Shown: piece after piece, positions 31,830-41,738 of the stretch
How the letters are laid out: each line of letters starts with the position of its first letter
Numbering within the stretch: the first letter of the stretch is position 1
Origin: Octopus bimaculoides
Lineage: Eukaryota
Length of the DNA stretch: 41,738 bases
Direction: 5' to 3'
NCBI RefSeq assembly: GCF_001194135.2
Contig: NC_068987.1
Location: forward strand, 39,513,471 to 39,555,208
Translations under genes and position numbers: made by a program
The notes under the pieces: model-generated
Told to the model about the DNA's origin: nothing
Database searches by the model: none
The model's input: the letters and a program-made list of their open reading frames with translations, nothing else

Positions 31830-33599
31830 GAATATTTTATTCCCATGGATATTTTATTAACTCAAATATTGAAGACTGCCACTTGTAATAATTTCTATAT
31901 TTTGTTATTCTCTGTTTTGGTTTTATTTAAACAGTTTATTTTTCTCTAAAAAATAGAATTTTAGCCAAAATCAAATTATTTGGATAGTTGTTAAAAAATG
32001 TTTTGATTAAAGTTGTTATTACGTAAATGTTATGAAGTCTTATGTTAAGGTTACATATAGAAAAATTAAGTTCTTAATGCATAAGTTTATATATATACTT
32101 TAAAATACTTTTAATGACAAAGTTTTATGAGAGCTGTTAACCTCATATTTCCTGTTCCTATTTTCATACACAATCATCTATTGACAATGCCCAATGAAGA
32201 ATTATCCAAAGGCTGGGTTAGAACTGAAAACTTGTATTTCTTGAAAATTCAGCATTTCAATAAGTGTAACATCAAAGATACAGTCACTGTAGCACTAACT
32301 TTTGTAACTGTTTGAGACATTTAAATTGACTGCAGGAATGGATGTCTTATTCTACCAAAGTCTACACTAGAGCATTAAATGGTTTGAACCTCTACATTAA
32401 AAATATAGGCCCTGAATTTGAAATTAATCTCTTTATATATTAATAAGCAACCTAAAGTTATTTAGTAAATAGGCAAATTGAAATGTGCAAAACAAAGAAA
32501 GGAAGAAAAGCAGAATCACGAAAGATGAAGTGAATATTTAAAGAATCCCAAAATTCTCTGAATTCATACAGCTTCCATTTCTAGGTAATTTTTGTGTCTG
32601 TACCTTACTTTGTCCAATAAAGAAGTATTGCCTGCTAATTGAAATATTTGTTATTAGATGTTATATATGAGACAAATAGTTATTACATATCTACAAATCT
32701 TGAAGAGAATTAATCAGGTGTAATGGGTTTAATAGAGTTTTTCTTATCAAACACAACTTAGTGTTCTTCTAGCGTGTTTCTTTAAACAAAGTCTGTTCTC
32801 TTTAACTCTTTGTTACACATATTTTTGTTGAAATACATCGCCTTTGCTTTACCTAATTTTGAAAATAATGAAGAATGTAGTAAAATAATTTTGTCATTAT
32901 TAAGTTGGCGTTTGAAACTTAAATTAACATGCAACTTTGATAGAAAATTTTAACTTAGATAATTTTAAAACAAGAAGTTTATATCATAAAACCAGGGCAA
33001 TCACAGGATGTGTCACTGAAATTTTTATCTGTCAATATTTGTAGATATGCATATAAAGTTGAACAGAAAATATCTATTTCAAATATTTGTTTAATCTGTT
33101 ATTTTTGGTGTCCCCAGTGTGCAGATAGGGGAATGGCCTGTAGATATACAGGGAAGCTGCGACTACTCAATAAGCAATCCCAGACAAAATCACAGCTTGC
33201 CCATTTGCAAGGCATAACACCCTGCCAGGGTTATGTTGAAATCCTGAAGCCCTGAAAAGAGAAGAAGTGCCACTGTTGTTAGAATGCAGGATAGTAATAG
33301 GAAATGGAATGCAAGACATAAAATACTTTGTTTTATAGATTTCTTTCCACTCCTCACAACAAATTATACCTTTGTGAAACTTAGTCTGGAAAACCCATCA
33401 ATATAACTGACACTGCAATTGTCTATAGAACCTTGAAAGACATTCTATGACTTGCATTAACTTAAGAAAGTTATCCCACATCGGTTGTCGTGTAGTCAAG
33501 CAAGAAGCACATTCTGCTGTAGTTCTGGCTCTGCCTCAGAGTTCAAAAAATCAGCTACAAAGACAAATGTACATACATTTTTGAAATGTAAGCAAAATA

Positions 33600-35025
33600 C
33601 ACTTGTCTCCTCCTTCAATAAGTGCACCCTTTGAAATCTGAACCAACTCCCTGAACTTGTTGTCTCAGCCATCAAGCATAAAACTGATGTTATCTGTGTG
33701 CAAGAACACAGGTTTTATCATGTGATGTTGAGCTGAAATTACACAATACTGATAGAAGCTGGACTTTCATCTCAGCCTTAGCTTGGAAAAATTCAACCAA
33801 TTCCACCATTGGCAGTGTGGGCATGCTACTAAACCCACCAGTCCTCGTCTTTAAACAGCATAATGAAAATTCATGCAAGAATAGTAATAGCCTCTTATCA
33901 AGGAAATCCAGAAACATTACTCATATCTTGTTTATTCACTAGCAAACGCAACAGATAAGAGACTTCCAATTTTTATCAGGCTCTCTTTCCTCATTAGAGC
34001 AACTAATATCAAAGCACTGTTCTCATAATTAGAGGTGATGTGAATGCTCATCTCAAAAGATCTGAAGTCATAAATACACATTCTACACAACCATGAATAC
34101 ATATGGTCACTATCTAACTGAATTTATTCTTGAAAATCGATTAGTATATGTAAATGCCAAATTCCATGAGAAACTCTCCAAGCTATATACATTCAAATAT
34201 ACCAATGGCATGAACACCCAACTAGATAACATGCTAATCAACAAAAAATGGGTGAATAGTGCCTTAAACACAGTCTTACAATACTTTTGAGAGAGTTAGC
34301 AATGACCACAAAATTGCCACATAGAGCTAATAAAACCAAATTACCCTCTAGACCTGCATATGATGGGTCAGTTTTAATCAGTAACAGAGGGAACTGTGAT
34401 CAATACACCATTGCAATTAGAAACAGATTTGAGCTAAAGCAAAATGAAATGAACAAAACTCCTCCAACACAGCATTACAATAATTTTGTAATATCCCACA
34501 CAGAAGTAATCATATCTATAAAATCATGAACTAATAAATGTCTCATCCAAGCCCCTCAAATAAAACCAGTTTCAGAAAATTATACAAAGAGCTAGTAGGC
34601 CTATATCACTCTCAATAACAAAGTTACATCCAAAGTAAAATAAATCAAATTAAACATGTTACAGCAAACAAGCAGACATCACCAGCCTGGAAGACAATAA
34701 ACAAAATAAACATGCAAAAATTCCAGTAATCAAAAATTAAAGCTAAAAGATCCATAAGAACACTTAGAAAAGTGGAGGGATCGTTTTTGAAATTTTCGAT
34801 AGAGATGCATCATCAATTATTAACCACACCTTTGATATAATAACTGGTGATTTCACCATTGATGAATTAAAAGAAGTCCTTCAAAACACCAAAAACCAAA
34901 AGGCTGCTTGACTGGATAACATTTCACCTGAAGTCTGGAAAATAGGAGAATTGAATGACATTCTGACAGGCTTCTGCAATACAGTCTACAATGGAGGCAA
35001 CAATGACAAATGGCAGTGGGGAGTG
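33600..35025 (+). mobile_element. Decayed RTE-clade LINE: AP endonuclease through to the start of RT
   Basis: LPELVVSAIKHKTDVICVQEHR; IIRGDVNAH; QLDNMLINKKWVNS; KAAxLDNISPEVWK..LTGFCNTVY. Many frameshifts. A different RTE family from the (GAT)n-tailed one. Confidence 0.8.
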
Positions 35026-35949
35026 TCTTGTACACTAGATGTAAATCTAGTACTTAGTAACCTAAATGTGTAGAGTGAGGTGGGACAAGATTTGGAACAA
35101 TAGGTGGCAGAGAGGTCAGAAATGGGTATCTGAGATGGAGAATGTAGTGTTAATGTAAGTTTAATGAGTACTCGATAATCTAGATGTGTTCATTTTCTCA
35201 TGTGATTGAAGAGAGAAATTGTGGGGAGAGAGAGAAAGAGAGTAATTATATCAGAAGGACTAGAATTGGTAGGAGGGTGGAAGCAACCAGTGTATGATGG
35301 GAAAAAGGCAGGATATGTGGGGTGATGTTGGGAGGAAGGTGATAGGCAATAGGTGAAAAAAGGGTAGATGAAAATAGCCAGAATATGGGTAGGTGATGGG
35401 TAGGTGAAAAAAGCCAGAATATGATGAAAAGAGCATGACTGTCTGGCATGAAGTCAGAGGAGGAGTGATAAGAGGTGTATAAAAATAGGGTTGAATGATG
35501 AGATGTAAGAGTAGGTGAGGAATGGCAATAGAGGTGGTTCAGGGGAGAGTGAGAAAGAAAGTTGGTTGCACAGTGGGCTAAAAAGGTCATTTCATGGATA
35601 TTCACAGTGAAATTAATATTTTGAAAAATAAAAGCTATTGAAATAATTCAGGGTTATGTTTTTATAAGCAAAGTTTATACAGGAATCCATTTTCAAGCTC
35701 TAAATAAATGAATTTTTAAGTGGTTTTGACTTATAATGAATTTTATGTCAGTTGTCAAGATAAGAATAATATAAGATTTGAGATTATAATCCTTTTAAAT
35801 AAATATCAGCAGTTACATTATAAAGATTATTTGCACTGTATGTAGCGAGGTCTCCAATGATCATTCACATTTTATTCTTAACACATTTAGATAGGTTCAG
35901 ATGCAAAATTTGCTGGTTGCTGTATGTCATAGAATAACTTCTCTCTTTT

Positions 35950-36720
35950 ACAACAACAGTGTGTTCAACGCACTTGGCTCCCTGGTGCATGGCATTCTGG
36001 GATTCCACTGATCAATATGTATCTCATCAACCAGAAGTAGCCAGAACTCTTTAGCCTAAACAAAGCTTCTGGTTTTGTTTATACATACTGTGAACAAACT
36101 ATTGGCTGATTGGTGCTTATATCTGCCAACCAATAAAAAATTGTTATTTACCAACAATTATTCACAAGCTTACTCTTAACTTTGTAAAATGGAAAAGTTA
36201 TTCTTCTATGACATACACTACTGCAACAAGCATATTTTGCATTTGAGCCTGTCCAGTTGAGTTAAGAATAAGCATGCAAATAATCATTAGTCATACTATA
36301 TTTCCATGTTAAACTTTGTATAATTCTGAGCTTACACAGTTGCACCTTTACTAACAATTGAATGAGATTAAGATTGTTATACGAGTGGGGTTCATTAAAG
36401 ATTTCCCCTGACCCACTTCCCAAGGACTGGGATAAACGAAACTTGGCATAATTATTAGTTCTTTTCTACATAGCCACCACCAGTGGTGAGACACTTCTCC
36501 CCTCACTTTATGCAGCTGTGAAGACCTTGTTGTGACTTCATTTAGGCATAGAGTAGATTCGGACCTGAATCGGAAAATTTCCCATAATATTTCAACAGCA
36601 CTTTTCTCACTGAGAAACAATGATTGACGACAGCAAGTTACATTTAACATATGGCTTTGCTAAGCCAATTTATGTCTGCCACTTGACCCTCCTAACCCCT
36701 TCACCATGAAAAGTTAGAAT
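35950..36720 (-). mobile_element. Possible CR1/L2-type AP endonuclease remnant
   Basis: Minus-strand fragments RGLGGSSG...AVEILWE and EFWLLLVDEIHIDQW..PCTRE..LNTLL loosely match APE motifs. Highly degenerate. Confidence 0.4.
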
Positions 36721-37296
36721 TAAGATAACAGGTCAACCCCCAATGAAATCTATTGTTCTCAACAATATGTCTCTCCTAGTTAGTTTGGATAATTATAAAT
36801 ACAAGAACTCTATAACTCTATAAGTTAAAGTCAGTTGGTGAGAATCGAGTTTGGCTGACCAGCTAAACAAAATGCCATCTCTGAAGGAACAACTATGATA
36901 ACTCACCAACGAAGCAGTTGTTTCATCCCACCACTCTCGCTTTTACTGGCTTACTTTCTGTTCTCTACAACATTACCCTATCTCTATCTGTGGTTTACTA
37001 CTATGCAATGATGAGAACACAAACACACCTATACAAAGAAAATCTACGATATCTCTTTTTACCTCGCATGTTTTACAAATTTATCATACCAACCCATCAT
37101 GTTTGACTACAACAAAGTAACAGTAAATAAATGTTTGTTTACAACTTTGATTACTATTCTTCTTTCATTTTACACATCTGCAACAGCAACACCTGTTACA
37201 ATCATTAACTGCCAAGAATCAACATCTATCACTACACATACTGTTACAACTGGCAACCCTCGACAATAACAATTATAACAATACCGTTACAACCTT

Positions 37297-38416
37297 TTCT
37301 TGCGTCTGGAGCCAAGACTTTACCTCGGAAATAAGTTCGTCATCATCTGAAAAGCGCTTCCCCTTCAAAAACGAATTCATGGTTGGAAAGAGGTGGAAGT
37401 CAGATGGTGTGAGGTTGGGAGAGTAAGGGGGATGAGAAAGGATTTCATAGCCACAAGAGTGTGCTTTCATCTGGGTAATATGTGCATTGTGAACTGGGGT
37501 GTTGTCTTGGAGGAGGCAAACTCCTGTGGTCAGCATGCCACGCCTCTCTGCTTTGATGGCATCCCACAATTTCTGCAGCAGAGAAGCATAATATGTCCTG
37601 TTAATTGTGTGCTCTTTGCCAGAAAATCTATCACCACTACTCTGCGCTGATCCCAAAAGACTGTGAGCATCACCTTACCTGCTGAGGGTTGGACATGAGC
37701 CTTCTTTGGAGGTGCTGAGTTATCATGCTTCCATTGCTTCAACTGAACTTTAGTCTCAGGATCATAGTGATGGACCCATGTTTCATCCTGTGTGATAAGT
37801 CTGCAAAAAAAGTCCTCTTCATTTTCTTGGCACATTGCTAAAGGAGCCTGAGAGCAATTGACTCGTTCCTGCTTCAGAAAAGATGCAAGCATCAAGGGAA
37901 TTCATTGTGCAAACAATTTCCACATGTGCAAATGGTCGTGAATGATTTTTTCCATGGACCCTACACTTATCTTCACTTCCTGAGCTAGTTGTTGAATAGT
38001 TATGCCGTGATCCTCTAAAATGGCGGCTTCCAATTTATGGATAGTGTCATCATCAATGGTGGAATGTGGTTGTCCAGGAATAGGACCAATTTCCATTGAT
38101 GTCTGACCACATTTGAACTGGCGATGCCAGTACTTGACTACATTGTATGATCATGCATTGTCACCATAAACTTCTTTCATCTCATCAAAAGTGTCTTTTG
38201 GTATACAACCTTTCAAGTATAAGAACCTGATCACTGATCTGCATTCAACTGCCTCCATTATATTATCTTAGTCCACTTCAGCAGCCGTAAAAGACAAACA
38301 AATACTAGTGGAAAGCTGCAATTTACAATGTGGTATGTAGGGACATGTATGATTATACCTGTACAAGTTCCATTTCCTGCAATAACCAGAAGTGAATCTT
38401 TAATGAATAGCCCTCG
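37297..38416 (-). mobile_element. Mariner (DD34D) transposon, 5' TIR present, 3'-truncated, inactive
   Basis: 5' end TA|CGAGGGCTATTCATTAAAAG at 38418-38397; ATG at 38258 (MEAVECRSVIRFL); TQDETW, LLQDN, HPPYSPNLTPSDF with 34 residues between the last two Asp (counted). Contains stops and a frameshift; ends at WLQTQ. Confidence 0.93.
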
Positions 38417-40383
38417 TAATTGTGTTGATAATATGTAAAAGTCTGTATGGTAAGCAGTGTATGAATTCACTATAGCCTGCTTATAAGTAATTTATTTAGA
38501 AAGCCAGCAAATGAATTTGTTTGTACATTATTATTGATTAGAATTTAGAAATGACAAGAAACTAGCTTTACAAACATTTTGCAAGTTAAACTTGAATTAA
38601 GTTTTTTTTCTGTTTCCAATGAATGAAGTTTGATAGTGTAGCATTATACAGTTTGACTTAAGTTGTTGGTTTGGGATCAAGCAAATTTATTTATGCTCAA
38701 TATGAAAATTTCAGACAGAGATCTTCCTAAAGTATTTTCGATGCTGAAGATACTACTTATAATACTGTAGTTGAGTTAGTGGAGAAGGAATTAGACTGTG
38801 TACTTGATGAAAAAAAGAAAGAGACTGTAAGTGCTTCCTTCAAGAAATTTTAATTTAATAAAGGTTAAGTAGTTTACAAGTAAAAAAAAAAAATGAAAAC
38901 TAGATTATGAGTGTTATGATGAACAAATAAAAAAATCCAAATAATTATAATTTTGTGTTTGAAATTCACTACTAGGGGAACACTCTAGCTGAAGAAAAAC
39001 CTACTGTAAGTAAAGCATGAAAATCACTTGAGTTATAAAGGAAACAACAATTAAGACAGACAAACTATGAGAGAGTGTAAAAGAGGTAGCAATGAATGAA
39101 CAAATTGATGAATATCAGTTATTAGGGCTGTTGTTAACATGAATAGTGATGTTAGAATAGTAGGGAAAAGTTGTTCAGTGCTGTAATCTTTAACTGACCA
39201 GAAAGAAAAGGAAGTTGAAATCAGACATTTCTGAAAGCTGAGAAGCAAAAATTGCAGCAATGTATTTTTGAAAAAGTGCATGTAAAGTGAAATCAATCGA
39301 ATTTCATGGGAAAAGGAGGAACTACAGCACAAGGAAACACTGTTAGGAACATTCTTCACCATAACCTCTACCGTTTAATAAACTATATTGAAAATGAATC
39401 TTAGAAAGCCATCTTTTTGAAGCATATCCAGCATCTTTCAGTTATGATATGAATCATTTCTTCAAAGGAAAGAGTAGATATAGAATGATATTAAACATTT
39501 TCCAGTGGCCTATATGCTTTTCCTTTTGATTCATATACATGAATAATATAAACAAACAGCTATAGGACCCAACATGAAATATTATTGAACAGATGTCAGA
39601 GTGAACAAGTCTGTGATCATGTAAGAATGTATGGAAAATGGAAGAGGAGGTTGTTGTTGTTATTGCTGTTGCTGTTGTTGTTTCTGTTGTTGCTATTACT
39701 GCTTAGCTTAGTTAGCCTGGTTTTAGCAGACCTAAGATCAAAGGAGTTCTAGCATACAGAATGAAAATTGACATATAAGTTTATCTGAATCTAATCACAT
39801 CTCTGGTTTGTTTTGAGCAAGAGTAAAATGACATGTCTTTAACTGTGCTTACTTAGTCATTTGTTTTCTTGGAGTAACAGACAAAAAGATGTTAGTCTGC
39901 CAAATCTTGCTAAAACTCTACCTTGGTCTGGCTTGCTTGTGGCAAGAGGTGAAATATGTGTTCCCTGGTTGCTTTCAAACTCTGCCAACATTCTGGCACC
40001 AAACTGCTTATAACTAGAAAAACCTTTCACTTTTGTTCTGAGTTTGTGGAATGATCTCCTGCAAGCCAATTGGCTGATAAATAGAACATACACATGATAA
40101 TTGCGTGGTCCATTTGTGGCACTGGCCTGATAACTTATTGAGTGAAGTTCAAATCCTAGCTCTTACAACAGACATTTTAAAACTTCTATTTCAGTTGAAC
40201 TATTCATTTTTCTTGTTATTTGAAAACATTTTGTCAATATTTACCTTATAATAACAACTATAGCTAACTTGAATAAAATGATAACTGCAAATGTAGAAGA
40301 TGTAATTATAAATGTCTGTGCTCTAAATGTGCATATATTTATATATGCATATACACATGTGCATATATTTATATCTGCATATA

Positions 40384-41645
40384 CAGAGTCTTGCAGATAA
40401 ATTGAGACCAATTTTAAGCAGTTGATTTAGTGGCTTTAACATTTCATTTTGTGACAAAACCTTGCTTGCTTGAAAATATAATCCTCCTCTTTATTTTTCA
40501 GGTGAATAGCAAACTGATTTGACCACAGAAAGTCCTGGAACAACAGGATCATTCTGCCATTGCTGTTTTGGCATGCAATAGGCACACTGTCAATAAAATT
40601 GTTAAGTTAATGAAAGCAACAGTTTATCGTGTGTATAAACAATTTAAAGAAAAGGGAAAGATTGTTAGAAAAGAACACAAGACTTGAACTGATTCCAAAT
40701 GCAATCCAAAGTTTCTTACTGATCTCAAATGTTCAATTGAAGCCAACCCATCCACAACCACAACAACTCTTGCAAAGAAATGCAATGTGTCCCTTTCCAC
40801 AGTGTCCAGAGCTGTGAACAGGTATGACTAGCTATGCTCAATGATGCCATCACCTCCTAACAGCCAAGGCCAAAGCAATCGGAGCTGAGAGATGCCCAAA
40901 GTTTCTGTCATTCATCATGCATCAAGGTGCAGGAAAAACTCTCCTGTTTGTGGACAAGAAGAAGTTCACTGTGGATGCTGAGGTAAATCACAGAAATTCT
41001 TATGTGATTGCATACAACCTTTCTGACATCCTTCTGTGCTTGAGACTAAGAATCCTGCCTCTGTGATGATATTTGGACACATGGTGAGTGATGGAAGTGT
41101 CATGGATCTACACTTCTTTGAGTCAGGCTTGAAGATTAGCACAATGGAGTATCTGGACATCCTGAAGAACTCTCTGTTACCTTGGATGGAGCAGAAGTTT
41201 GGGCTTGACAATGTGGTGCTTATTCTGCACCATGCCATGGGTTAAAAGCAACACAGACCTTCCTTGGTGAAAAGGTGCCATTTTTTGTGAGGGCCAACAT
41301 CTGGCCCAGTAATAGCCCAGATCTCAACCTTCTCAATTATTTTTTATGGAATGTACTTCAATCAAGGACCAATGCTTCACTACACTCAAGTATCAATAGT
41401 TTGAAGACCTGCATTGTGTGTGCAACATGCAAAATCAAAAGGGTGGAGGTTGTGGCAGCTGCAAAACAAATTTCGTTTTCATGTTGAGGCAGTAATTGCC
41501 CAAAAGAGTGGCTATAATGAGTGATAAATGTTTTTGTTGTAATAAATGCTATGTTAAAATTAGATCTGTCTACTACCATTATTTTAGTATTTATAACCAG
41601 TTTTATGCATCATAAACATTGTCTCAATATATCTGTAAGACCCTA
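40384..41645 (+). mobile_element. Full-length decayed Tc1/mariner element of DD37D (maT)-like type with ~29-bp TIRs
   Basis: TA|CAGAGTCTTGCAGATAAATTGAGACCAAT at 40384 vs ATTGTCTCAATATATCTGTAAGACCCTA|TG ending 41645. Peptide pieces FVDKKKFTVD, KNPASVMIFG, YLDIL, WPSNSPDLNLLNYFLW; stop near 41522. Confidence 0.82.
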
Positions 41646-41649
41646 TGTT

Positions 41650-41700
41650 TGTATAAATGTGTGTATGTGTGTGTGTTTATGAATGCATGTGTGTATATGT

Positions 41701-41738
<38 letters not shown>
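41650..41738. repeat. (TG)n microsatellite
   Basis: Directly visible at the window end. Other short (CA)n/(TA)n tracts at ~959-978, 2511-2532, 11896-11940, 21071-21100. Confidence 0.95.

Noticed and set aside
31785-31830. A-rich stretch after the SYCP1 stop as a remnant retrocopy poly(A) tail
   Set aside because: Interrupted by many G and C residues, ordinary for this AT-rich genome, and no TSD identifiable. The retrogene call rests on intron absence only.
35363-35423. 25-nt direct repeat with period 36 in a purine-rich tract
   Set aside because: Only two copies in low-complexity DNA; most likely local slippage.
39051-39362. Possible IS630/Tc1 C-terminal remnant on the minus strand
   Set aside because: Resemblance to PYSPDLNPIE is too weak; no catalytic residues or TIRs found.

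Overview
AT-rich (TA/TG/CAT microsatellite-rich) animal genomic DNA with four assembly gaps. The repeat content (RTE LINEs ending in (GAT)n, tRNA-derived SINEs, Penelope-like, Gypsy, Tc1/mariner, Helitron) looks to me like an octopus/coleoid genome; this is an inference, not a database result. There are two host genes, arranged head-to-head. (1) SNRPA1 (U2 snRNP A'), minus strand: five coding exons recovered by hand with GT-AG boundaries and consistent phases (28670-28751, 27756-27796, 9334-9440, 5948-6073, 2864-2966). The rest of the gene is presumably left of the window. (2) A single uninterrupted 888-codon ORF on the plus strand (29097-31763) that matches the meiotic transverse-filament protein SYCP1. 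The two start codons are separated by only 345 bp of CpG-enriched DNA carrying NRF1-like and YY1-like motifs. The best candidate for an undescribed system is therefore an intact, intronless (probably retroposed) SYCP1 that appears to share a bidirectional promoter with a housekeeping spliceosome gene. The SNRPA1 introns, especially the 18.3 kb intron 2, and the region right of SYCP1 are filled with decayed transposons. Notable ones are a 1.2 kb two-LTR mini-retrotransposon with an intact 5-bp TSD, an R4/Dong-type LINE end inserted in the (TAA)n tract of a SINE that carries a hammerhead-like motif, nested long inverted repeats, a tail-to-tail RTE palindrome, a non-autonomous Helitron and a full-length DD37D-type element. 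No prokaryotic features (CRISPR, operons) are present.
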